Source: Planctomycetota bacterium
GTDB taxonomy: Bacteria; Pseudomonadota; Gammaproteobacteria; Eutrophobiales; Eutrophobiaceae
DNA length: 53,145 nt
Direction of reading: 5' to 3'
Assembly: GCA_047638675.1 (NCBI GenBank)
Contig: JBLIML010000005.1
Span: 1 to 53,145 of the forward strand
The notes beneath the pieces were generated by a model. It worked only from the letters and a program-made list of their open reading frames with translations, did not search any database and was not told the origin of the DNA. The position numbers and the translations under genes were made by a program. Below are positions 44,835 through 53,145 of the stretch, one piece after another (position 1 is the stretch's first letter; each line of letters begins with the position of its first letter).

Positions 44835-45869
44835 TCAAGGCTCAAGAATAATCTTGCCGAAAAAATCGCCGCTAAGCAGTTTGTCCTGAGCCTGGGCCCC
44901 ATCGGCCAGAGGGAAAACGCTGTCCACGACCGCCTGAAAATCACTTTCACAATATTGTGCCCAGGCGGGAGCAAATTCCTCATAACGATAAGGATCGGAT
45001 CCCATTATCCGTAAACCCATGTGATACATATAACCAAGATTAGGGATGACAGGAGAATTTCCAGAGGTACCGCCACAATTTACCAGACGGCCTCGTGGTG
45101 CCATTGAAAACATGGACGCCGCCCATAAGGCCTCACCCACGTGATCAAATACAACGTTTACGCCCTTACCCTCTGTAAGTTCCCGTGCCCAGGCAGCAAC
45201 ATCCGTTGCACGGTTGTTGCAGGCATGATCGGCGCCCAACTCGAGTGCCCGTTCACATTTTTTTTCACTACCGGCAGTGGCAAGCACTCTTGCCCCCGCC
45301 TGCTTTGCCCATTGAATGCCGGCCATAGACACGCCGCTACCTGCGGCATGGATCAACAGGGTTTCACCTCCCTGGAGTTCCGCTACATCGAAGAGCGCAT
45401 GATGGGCTGTCATCCAGGCGGTAGGAAACATGACGGCGTGATGCCAGGACATCGTATCGGGGATGGAATACAGATGCGTTTCCGGGGCAAGACACAATTC
45501 AGCATAGCCACCGGCAACGTTAGCGCCTAATACGCCGAGCTCACCATAGAGATCGCCCATACCAGAGAGCTTTGATTTCTCAGGCACTTCGCTAAGAGAA
45601 GGGTCGACCAGTACACGATCACCCAATTTTACCATGCTAACCTCTTCACCAATCTCAATCACGGTACCCGCGATATCCATCCCGGAAATATGCGGTAAAG
45701 TGAAACCGGGCATGGTAAACCAGCCATTGCGCTGGATTGCATCCAGATGATTGACTGTGCTTGCCGCTACCCTGACGACAACATCACGAGCGCCTGGTTT
45801 GGGATCAGGCTCGTCTCGATATTGTAATACCTGCGGTCCACCTGGCTGTTCATAGATTAAAGCCTTCAT
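44835..45869 (-). CDS. Zinc-type/MDR-family NAD(P)H-dependent oxidoreductase (quinone-oxidoreductase-like)
   Basis: MKALIYEQPGGPQVLQY...VRVAASTVNHLD...GMDIAGTVIEIGEEV...LIHAAGSGVSMAGIQWAK. Confidence 0.88.
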   Translation of the reverse strand: MKALIYEQPGGPQVLQYRDEPDPKPGARDVVVRVAASTVNHLDAIQRNGWFTMPGFTLPHISGMDIAGTVIEIGEEVSMVKLGDRVLVDPSLSEVPEKSKLSGMGDLYGELGVLGANVAGGYAELCLAPETHLYSIPDTMSWHHAVMFPTAWMTAHHALFDVAELQGGETLLIHAAGSGVSMAGIQWAKQAGARVLATAGSEKKCERALELGADHACNNRATDVAAWARELTEGKGVNVVFDHVGEALWAASMFSMAPRGRLVNCGGTSGNSPVIPNLGYMYHMGLRIMGSDPYRYEEFAPAWAQYCESDFQAVVDSVFPLADGAQAQDKLLSGDFFGKIILEP

Positions 45870-46263
45870 AGGCCTTCCTGCAGGTTGACCTGGATATTAG
45901 AAAGAGCCTTTGAAGGCAAAAAATAGCCATGACAATTCAACACAGTAAATAGGGATGTATCAAGATAGGGCATCGTATTATTTCCAGTATGATGTTAAAT
46001 GCACAATAAACACTACTCATATTAGCTTATCATCCAGGGCGCCTATAATGTCTTGCGCAGGTGCGCCCGAATTGTTGTCAATCACAGAGTCCTGAAGTGG
46101 GATCATTCAGCATTCAGTTCAATTCAAATACCTTGCACAACGAAAAAAGTATTATCTGCACCGCTTTACTTCGGATAAGCGTTTTATTCAAGCTAAACTC
46201 TAACAAACATTTCGACTAATATAGAGCCATGATTGCTAATTACAGAATGCCAGGGAATCGAAA

Positions 46264-47226
46264 TTGAAAGTCTGGCGATTCACGACGGAATCTTTTCCCC
46301 CGCTTGAACGACACCAGGCCTGGCAAGACGCCATGAAGCGTTTATACCTGCCGGTGGGTGATTTGCCAGAAAATCAGCACTTTCATGGTTCTGTTTCCTG
46401 TCATGTTTCTCCTTTGGGTATGGAATTTGCCCTGATCGACGCGGCCGGACACGAAATATCCGGCAAGTATTTGGAGCAACCGAACGCGATTTGGCTGGTG
46501 TTGATACTGGAAGGAAGAGCGCAATTAATACATGACAATAATTCGTTTGATCTGCAGTCGGGCGATATTGCCTATGGTCCCTGCCGTACCGAGGCAACTA
46601 TGCGCTTCCCCATAGATTTTCGCGTATTGCATGTGAGAATCCCCCGTTTGACACTCAGTCCCCGCGTGATCGCGCCCCTGTCCCTGAAGATCGGACATCT
46701 AAACGCCAGAACCGGAATTGATCATATCTTTGCCGGCATGTTGCGTGCCCTCGCAGAAACGCTGGAGGATATTACCTCAAGTCAACTGCGTCCCGTTGAG
46801 CTGGCGTTAACGGAGTTTCTAATCACCAGTCTGGGCGGGGAAAAGACGGTATTCGGCCTGGGGGGAGCCGCCGGTGCCAGGGCCTCCCATCTCCACCGAA
46901 TTTGTCAGAGTATTGAAACCATGCTCAGCGATCCCGCTTTAAACCTTAATTATGTGGCACAGGTACATGGCGTCTCCACGCGTTATTTACAGAAGCTATT
47001 TACCGGAGCGGACATGAGCTTCAGCCAGTATTTACGCAGTCGCAGACTGGATCGATGTCGTGCGGATCTGATTAGTCCTCTACACAGCCAACTCTCTATT
47101 TCCGAAATATGTTTCCGTTGGGGATTCAACGGTTCCGCGCACTTCAGTCGGGTATTTCGGAATAAGTACGATATATCTCCCCGTGAATACCGCCGAAACA
47201 ATGGACAGGCAGTTCAAGCTGACTAG
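46264..47226 (+). CDS. AraC-family transcriptional regulator
   Basis: C-terminal double HTH (YVAQVHGVSTRYLQKLF...ISEICFRWGFNGSAHFSRVFRNKYDISPREYR). TTG start as given in the ORF track. Divergent from the dehydrogenase-methyltransferase operon. Confidence 0.9.
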   Translation: MKVWRFTTESFPPLERHQAWQDAMKRLYLPVGDLPENQHFHGSVSCHVSPLGMEFALIDAAGHEISGKYLEQPNAIWLVLILEGRAQLIHDNNSFDLQSGDIAYGPCRTEATMRFPIDFRVLHVRIPRLTLSPRVIAPLSLKIGHLNARTGIDHIFAGMLRALAETLEDITSSQLRPVELALTEFLITSLGGEKTVFGLGGAAGARASHLHRICQSIETMLSDPALNLNYVAQVHGVSTRYLQKLFTGADMSFSQYLRSRRLDRCRADLISPLHSQLSISEICFRWGFNGSAHFSRVFRNKYDISPREYRRNNGQAVQAD

Positions 47227-47409
47227 CGAGCTATTTCCTGAGCTGTGTGATTAACAACTATTCGGGCGCATGTGGGCAAGACAGATGGCTGGCAATGTAA
47301 GATAAGCTGTCTTCAATGTGCAGGTTTAGAATGTGGCGAAGACATACTGTCTGTCCAACTGTTAATAAATTAACGAAAAACTACAAGCTAACAAACAGGA
47401 GATGCAACC

Positions 47410-47901
47410 ATGTCTTACCCCAATGCTTTAATTTTTGTCGATCTTAGTTCTGACGATCCTTCCGCCGCTGGCAAATTCTACGCCGAGGTTTTCGGTTGGG
47501 TGAATGAAGGTCGACCGGAAGGCGTGTACCATCGTTTGGTACCCGGTCAAAATTTTCGTAACCCGGATGGCTCGGAGAGCCAGATCGGCAATCTCCACCT
47601 TGGCATTTCCAATTCGAATAATGCACGTCCCTACCCTGATCCTGAAGGCGCTGATCCGCGGCATTTAAGCAAAGATGGGCGTAAAGCGAGAATTTGGATC
47701 ATGGTGAGTGACGATGACACACCCGAACGCATCCTCGATGCCGCCGAGAAATTGGGAGCGGAAATTCTCTGGCGAGATCATTACTGGTCGGAGTTCAATG
47801 GTTACAACTATGCATTTCGTGATCCCTGGGGAAACGAGATCGTGCTCTGGGGCAAAGCCGGCGAAAATCCACAAGTACCAGACAATTTTACTCGGGAATA
47901 A
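47410..47901 (+). CDS. VOC-family protein
   Basis: AGKFYAEVFGW...YAFRDPWGNEIVLW, a glyoxalase-fold pattern. Confidence 0.75.
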   Translation: MSYPNALIFVDLSSDDPSAAGKFYAEVFGWVNEGRPEGVYHRLVPGQNFRNPDGSESQIGNLHLGISNSNNARPYPDPEGADPRHLSKDGRKARIWIMVSDDDTPERILDAAEKLGAEILWRDHYWSEFNGYNYAFRDPWGNEIVLWGKAGENPQVPDNFTRE

Positions 47902-47970
47902 TTTTGTTGATTATCTTGAAACAAATCCTTTAAACGATTGTTTCCCGTAAAATAACTTGTCATATCTTCT

Positions 47971-49233
47971 ATGACGAATTCCTTCACCATCGAACGCTGG
48001 TTCTTGTTTGGCATTGTCAGTTTTATCTTTTTCCTGATAATTGGAGCGACCTTCGGCTCCCTCGGGGTTGCTCTGCCCTCCATGCTTTTAGAACTGGGCT
48101 GGAGCTGGCCCCAGGCTGGAACGGGCTTCACTATTTTAGCTCTGTTAACGGGCATCACTGCATTAATCCCAGCGTGGATGCTCCGACGTTTCGGTATCAA
48201 GTCCACCTACGGAACCGGCGGCCTCGTCATGACCTGTGGTTTTGTCTTACTCGCCACCTGCCACAGTATTACTCAGTTTTATCTTGCAACAGCCTTATTG
48301 GGCTACGGCTTTAGTCATTGCGCAACCGTGCCGGCCGTGCATATGTTAAATAACTGGATGCCTGACAAACGATCACTGGCAATCGGTTGGTACATGACGA
48401 TCGGCGGACTGGGCGGTGTGGCAGGTCCATTACTTGTTACCAGCGTTGAGTCGGCAACAGGGTCCTGGCGCATGTATTGGTGGTTGGTCGCAGCTTCGAT
48501 GTTTTTAATTACGCTAGTCGCCGTAATTTTTGTCAAAGCCGAGCCTGATAGAAAACTAAAGGACGAAGAAGTAGCCGATCCTTTATTCGAAAAGCAATCA
48601 GAGCGAGTGTATAAAACAGCAACAGACTGGAACTACAGGGATGTGGTTCTTTGTCCACAGTACTATGTCATTGTTGCGGCCATGAGCATGACCCTGTTTT
48701 GTACCGTCACGATGAGTGCCTGGGCGGTAGTACATATGGGAACATTCGGCGTATCGACGGCGATTGCTGCAACCGCTATGAGTTCACAGGCATTACTGAA
48801 TGCGGCATCCCGGGCCTTTGGCGGCATTCTCGCTACTCGCATAGATCCAAAATGGTTACTCGTATCTGCTTTGCTAGCAGAGGTTATTGGAATGATGGGC
48901 TTATCTATTGCAGATAACCCTGTAATGATTGCCCTGTTCGTTTTCGGCGAAGGCTATGGTTTTGGCATGTGCCTGTTTGCAACCACCATATTGCTTTTTA
49001 ATTATTTCGGTCCGAAACAAAACCCCGAAATATTAGGTACCTTGAATCTTATAACAACGGTCGCAATGGTGGGGCCGGTACTGGCAGGTTATATCGGGTA
49101 TACCTATGGTGGTTTTGGTATCGTCTTTCAGGGATACGCCTTTTTTCTACTACTTATCGCTGTGGCCGTGGCCATGATGCGTCCACCAACGGCAAAACAA
49201 GTCGACATCGTTGCGACGAATACTACTAAATAG
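47971..49233 (+). CDS. MFS transporter
   Basis: 420 aa with about 12 hydrophobic helices, and a central charged loop (EPDRKLKDEEVADPLFEKQSERVYK). Confidence 0.88.
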   Translation: MTNSFTIERWFLFGIVSFIFFLIIGATFGSLGVALPSMLLELGWSWPQAGTGFTILALLTGITALIPAWMLRRFGIKSTYGTGGLVMTCGFVLLATCHSITQFYLATALLGYGFSHCATVPAVHMLNNWMPDKRSLAIGWYMTIGGLGGVAGPLLVTSVESATGSWRMYWWLVAASMFLITLVAVIFVKAEPDRKLKDEEVADPLFEKQSERVYKTATDWNYRDVVLCPQYYVIVAAMSMTLFCTVTMSAWAVVHMGTFGVSTAIAATAMSSQALLNAASRAFGGILATRIDPKWLLVSALLAEVIGMMGLSIADNPVMIALFVFGEGYGFGMCLFATTILLFNYFGPKQNPEILGTLNLITTVAMVGPVLAGYIGYTYGGFGIVFQGYAFFLLLIAVAVAMMRPPTAKQVDIVATNTTK

Positions 49234-49332
49234 TCTGCAATAAAAAATTAATAGAGCAAATTGACCTTCTATTTTAATGCGTTTTCATTTTTGTTGATTT
49301 AGATCAATTACATTTAACACTCAGCCTATAAG

Positions 49333-49989
49333 ATGCAATCTCATCTAAAATGTCTGGGTGATTTCAACATGAATGAGCATCAAGAGCACAATAAATACCA
49401 GCAGAGATATTTCAGCGATAACATCGATGTTTTTCGGGAAGAAATTCCTGGTGATGTGAAGCAACGGACAGAGGCTATTGTAGCCGCTGCGCAGTTGACA
49501 CCACGGGATCGGGTTCTGGATGTTGGGACCGGACTGGGTGTATTAATCCCTTATTTCCAAGGCTACCATGTGAATGAAATCGTCGGTTGTGATTTAAATT
49601 CGTCCATGCTGGCCGAAGCCCGGCAAAAATATCCTGCACTCAGGTTTTGGCATGGAGATTTTATAGACCTCCCACAAAGTCTTGGTTTATTTGATGCCGT
49701 GTTCTTCAATGCCATGTTCGGCAATGTCTGGGACCAACGGGCGGCCCTGATAAAAGCCGCCACTCTTTTGAAAAAAGGCGGGCGTATCATTATCAGTCAC
49801 CCCATGGGGGCATCGTTTGCAGAAGAACTACACCAGCAGGATTCAAAAATGGTTTTACACCCTCTTCCCGGCCGGGCACAGCTTGACGAAATGATTCGGT
49901 GTTTGACTCTCAAGGTGCAGCTTTTCAGGGATGACTACGACTTATATATCGTCGTACTACGCTTACTCGACATCCAAAGCCAACGTTGA
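49333..49989 (+). CDS. Class I SAM-dependent methyltransferase
   Basis: VLDVGTGLGVLIPYF motif I and ...LLKKGGRIIISHP. The start may be ATG 49369. Confidence 0.8.
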   Translation: MQSHLKCLGDFNMNEHQEHNKYQQRYFSDNIDVFREEIPGDVKQRTEAIVAAAQLTPRDRVLDVGTGLGVLIPYFQGYHVNEIVGCDLNSSMLAEARQKYPALRFWHGDFIDLPQSLGLFDAVFFNAMFGNVWDQRAALIKAATLLKKGGRIIISHPMGASFAEELHQQDSKMVLHPLPGRAQLDEMIRCLTLKVQLFRDDYDLYIVVLRLLDIQSQR

Positions 49990-50031
49990 AATCGTGTAGT
50001 CAACATCAGGGTCGCAGCATAACGAACTAGC

Positions 50032-51588
50032 TTAGTGAGTTTCAATTTCTCCGAATCCACCACCACCCGGTGTATGCATTAACACTTCATCGTTTTTCAG
50101 CATGGCTTTTTTGCTGGCCTGTAATGTGGCTTCACCGTTTATTAAAAAGGAACCTGCTGTACCGGGCTCTCCTCCCTGCAATCCACCTGCCTGAATTCTT
50201 AAACGACTGGGGATCGCGTTTAATAACCAGTCATTGCCTGTGCGCATACGAAAACCAATTCGCTGCCCGTCACCACCCTTGTGTTTGCCCTTACCGCCGG
50301 TGCCCGGCAACAACTCCTTGCAACTGAATTCTATCGGTATCGATGCTTCAAGCACTTCGATGGGAACGGCCGATACCCCAGTTGGATAGCATGTCGCTGA
50401 GAGTCCTGGCTTGGTGGCACGCGCGCCCATACCGCCTGAATAATTAAACATGGAACTCGTGAAAGGTCGATTGTCCTTGTCACGTCCCTGGATCTGCATC
50501 GTCCACACAGCACCTGAACCTTCCGCTAACACTTTCTCGGGCATAATTGCGGACAGGGCGTTGAGTATGGGAAAAGGTACATACATACCGACGACGTGAC
50601 GCGCATTCACGGGCACTGGATACTCAGCGTTGACAATACAATTGTCCGGCAATTTCACTTTGATTGGGGTTAGACTGCCAGCATTATTGGGTAGATCCGG
50701 ATTGAGCACACTACGTACAGCGAAAGTACTGTAGGCATGCGTATAGGCGGGTACAACATTGATACCATGTTTGCTTGGGCCGGAACTACCAGCAAAGTCG
50801 ATAATGATCTCGCCCAAATCAGTGTCAATGGTTACCGCTGTCTTCAACACGATCTCATCACCACCTGGCACATCGAAAGAGGTTTTACCATGATAGGTAC
50901 CCGCCGCCAATTTTCGAATATCTGCACGAGTTGCCTCTTCCGAACGCTGGATGATCTCTTCAGAAAGTTCCTTTATATCCTCCAGATTATAGCGATCGCA
51001 CATCGCGTTTAAGCGTTCACCGCCCATTTTACCGCTGGAAAGTTGCGCGGAGAGATCGCCAAAAATGGCGTCTGGTGTTCGCACATTGTGTTTGATCACA
51101 TCGTGCAAAGTCCTGTTAGGTTTACCCGCTTCATATAACTTGAGAGGTGGGATCCACAAACCTTCCTCATGAATATCACGCGCACCTGCGCCTATGCCAT
51201 AGCCACCGATGTCGGTGTGATGAATAGTCGAGCCTGCGTAGCCAATCAATTTACCTTTTCTAAAGATAGGGGTGAGTAAGGTGATGTCGAAAAAATGCCC
51301 TGCCGACAGCCAGGGATCGTTCGTGATCAACACATCTTCCGGTACGAGTTCTTCAGCTGGGATGATATCTAAAATATTTTGAGCGGCAGCGGCAAGCGAA
51401 TTAATATGCCCCGGTGTCCCCGCCAGGCCTTGTGAGACCATACGCGCATCGGCGTCAAATATACCCGTTGCCAGATCGCCTGCCTCTCGCACAATCGGAC
51501 TAAAAGCCGTCCGTTGCAGAGCCTTTGCCTGCTCACTGACAATGCTGATCAAATTGCCCCACATGATTTCCAGTTCTATGCCATCCAT
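50032..51588 (-). CDS. hyuB: Hydantoinase B / oxoprolinase-family subunit
   Basis: MDGIELEIMWGNLISIVSEQAKALQRTAFSPIVREAGDLATGIFD..., full-length Hydantoinase_B pattern. Confidence 0.9.
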   Translation of the reverse strand: MDGIELEIMWGNLISIVSEQAKALQRTAFSPIVREAGDLATGIFDADARMVSQGLAGTPGHINSLAAAAQNILDIIPAEELVPEDVLITNDPWLSAGHFFDITLLTPIFRKGKLIGYAGSTIHHTDIGGYGIGAGARDIHEEGLWIPPLKLYEAGKPNRTLHDVIKHNVRTPDAIFGDLSAQLSSGKMGGERLNAMCDRYNLEDIKELSEEIIQRSEEATRADIRKLAAGTYHGKTSFDVPGGDEIVLKTAVTIDTDLGEIIIDFAGSSGPSKHGINVVPAYTHAYSTFAVRSVLNPDLPNNAGSLTPIKVKLPDNCIVNAEYPVPVNARHVVGMYVPFPILNALSAIMPEKVLAEGSGAVWTMQIQGRDKDNRPFTSSMFNYSGGMGARATKPGLSATCYPTGVSAVPIEVLEASIPIEFSCKELLPGTGGKGKHKGGDGQRIGFRMRTGNDWLLNAIPSRLRIQAGGLQGGEPGTAGSFLINGEATLQASKKAMLKNDEVLMHTPGGGGFGEIETH

Positions 51589-51589
51589 C

Positions 51590-53145
51590 TTATTTTTCCT
51601 CCTGTCTATTTGCGATTATGCTGCCGTCTTCGTCAATCGTCATGCGCCAGCCAGGTAAAATGAATACCGTTGTCTCCCGCTCTTCGATAATAACCGGCCC
51701 ATCGATAAGCTGCTTAACTGAAAGTGCAGAGCGGTCGTAGACAGGTACTTCAATGTACTTATGATCAAAATAAACCCGACGTGTTTGTTTCGCCTCGCCC
51801 GGTGTTTGTGCCATGCTGACTTTCGCCTCACGGCCTGTCTCACCGCCATGTGCCGTTATTCGCCAACTCACTGTCTCCACATCCATATCATCCAGGCGCA
51901 CACCATAAAGTTTTTCGTAAGCTTTATCATAGCGTGCGCGAATGTCTTTCGGATCTTTCGTATCACAGGGATCGCCGTCGAAAACGACAGTGACTTCAGT
52001 TTGCTGACCACAATAGCGCATGTCAGAGGAATACAGATATTCAATGGAATCCTGATCCATGCCTGCCTCCATCAAGGCCTGTTGTCCCTCATCCATCATG
52101 CTTTTAATTAATCCAGCAACGGTGTCCCAGTTGATTTCATTCAGGCGAGACAAACCACCACGTGCAAGATCCAGACGTGCAGGTGTCACCAGGGTACCAA
52201 AGGCACTTAACACGCTGGCCATAGGCGGATAGATCACACGTGAACTATCGAGTTGTTCAGCGACGTAACAGGCATGTACAGGTCCTGCACCACCAAAGGC
52301 GAGCAAGGGCAAGCCTCGGTAATTCACTCCACGCTCTGTTGCGTGCGCGCGCGCAGCGGCGGCCATGGATTCACCGACCACACTAAAAATACCGTAGGCC
52401 GCATCGAGGCTTGAGACTTTTAAGCCATCTGCAAGACCTTGCATAGCACGCCCGGCCGCTTCCAGATCCAGTTGCATGTCCCCGCCAAGAAAATTATCCG
52501 CATCCAATATCCCCAGCACAACATCCGCATCGGTGACGCAGGGATGCGTACCACCGCGACCATAACAGGCTGGACCGGGATCGGAACCTGCACTGTCGGG
52601 GCCAACTTTTAACAGACCTAATTCATTCATCCGGGCAATCGAACCGCCGCCAGCACCGATCTCTATCATGTCGATAGAGGGCACCGTAATCGGCATGCCA
52701 CTTCCCGGTTTAAATCGATAGCGGCGGTCTACCTCAAAATCACCGCTAACAAGAGGTTGCCCTTGTTGAATAAGGCAAGCCTTTGCCGTCGTTCCACCCA
52801 TATCAAAGGAAATTAGATTTTCGATGCCATATTTTTTGGCTATATGCCCGGCCACCAGTGCGCCGGCGGCAGGACCTGATTCAATCATTCGCACGGGATT
52901 GTTACCGGCGACACGGGCACCGACAACACCCCCGTTTGAGAGCATGATTAGCGGTTCTTGTTCACGGCCCCCCTTTTTCATTTTTTCAATCAGGGCATCA
53001 AGATAGGGACGGGAAATGGGCAAGGTGTACGCATTGACGGCTGTTGTACTGGTACGCAGATACTCACGCATTTGCGGTGCGACATCGCTGGAAAGGGAGA
53101 CAAAAATATCGGGCGCGGTTTCATTTAATACGCGTCGAACAATTT
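51590..53145 (-). CDS. hyuA: Hydantoinase A / oxoprolinase-family subunit, 5'-truncated by the window edge
   Basis: FDMGGTTAK and IEIGAGGGSIA blocks. The frame stays open upstream of the ORF-track Met (…IVRRVLNETAPDIFVSLSSDVAPQMREYLR...) up to position 53145. It ends 1 nt before hyuB. Confidence 0.88.
   Translation of the reverse strand, partial: IVRRVLNETAPDIFVSLSSDVAPQMREYLRTSTTAVNAYTLPISRPYLDALIEKMKKGGREQEPLIMLSNGGVVGARVAGNNPVRMIESGPAAGALVAGHIAKKYGIENLISFDMGGTTAKACLIQQGQPLVSGDFEVDRRYRFKPGSGMPITVPSIDMIEIGAGGGSIARMNELGLLKVGPDSAGSDPGPACYGRGGTHPCVTDADVVLGILDADNFLGGDMQLDLEAAGRAMQGLADGLKVSSLDAAYGIFSVVGESMAAAARAHATERGVNYRGLPLLAFGGAGPVHACYVAEQLDSSRVIYPPMASVLSAFGTLVTPARLDLARGGLSRLNEINWDTVAGLIKSMMDEGQQALMEAGMDQDSIEYLYSSDMRYCGQQTEVTVVFDGDPCDTKDPKDIRARYDKAYEKLYGVRLDDMDVETVSWRITAHGGETGREAKVSMAQTPGEAKQTRRVYFDHKYIEVPVYDRSALSVKQLIDGPVIIEERETTVFILPGWRMTIDEDGSIIANRQEEK

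Noticed and set aside
44828-44983. The longer start for the O-methyltransferase
   Set aside because: It would overlap the 3' end of the upstream dehydrogenase gene by about 150 nt. The extension is not methyltransferase-like.

Overview
This 53.1-kb window looks like a chromosomal segment from a moderately AT-rich Gram-negative bacterium, probably a gammaproteobacterium. Supporting genes are ampD, nadC, ribF-ileS-lspA-ispH, a type IVa minor-pilin operon and TonB-dependent receptors. I support about 45 protein genes, one tRNA-Thr(CGU), two decayed genes and several families of extragenic repeats. I see no rRNA, CRISPR array, transposase, integrase, or recognisable phage or defence gene.

Layout:
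- 1-4.5 kb: an ampD fragment and nadC, separated by a translationally coupled egtC-egtB pair, an exported ankyrin protein and a retropepsin-like protease.
- 4.6-5.1 kb: a foldback REP/MITE-like element.
- 5.1-7.7 kb: pirin, fchA and mtdA (C1 carrier enzymes).
- 7.8-10.4 kb: a Sel1-SPOR protein followed by two AT-rich tandem paralogous orphan genes.
- 10.45-11.1 kb: a repeat-dense intergenic region containing a 5 x 37-bp hairpin array.
- 11.2-15.7 kb: a TonB-dependent receptor, a disrupted PEP-CTERM gene and the relic of a second receptor.
- 15.8-18.6 kb: a NarL-type two-component system.
- 18.8-27.5 kb: pilE, a FimT/GspH-like gene, pilV, pilW, pilX, pilY1 and a DUF4124 gene. PilY1 is 1668 aa.
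- 27.7 kb: tRNA-Thr with a clean sigma70 promoter.
- 28.3-34.1 kb: a glutaredoxin-like gene and the core ispH, lspA, ileS and ribF genes.
- 34.6-53.1 kb: an accessory island with two Rieske oxygenases, a SnoaL-like protein, a TonB receptor, a 2OG oxygenase, two VOC proteins, an amidohydrolase, two methyltransferases, an MDR dehydrogenase, an AraC regulator, an MFS transporter and hydantoinase A/B.

Most worth a second look:
1. The 37-bp hairpin array. Every unit displays a perfect CsrA/RsmA-type GGA loop, so it is a candidate Csr/Rsm sponge RNA, or otherwise a VNTR of a REP hairpin.
2. The seven-fold, roughly 65-aa repeat module inserted into PilY1.
3. The orphan paralogue pair at 8971-10431.
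4. The partner-less oxygenase island.

Everything is inferred by eye from the sequence and the ORF track. No database search was run.
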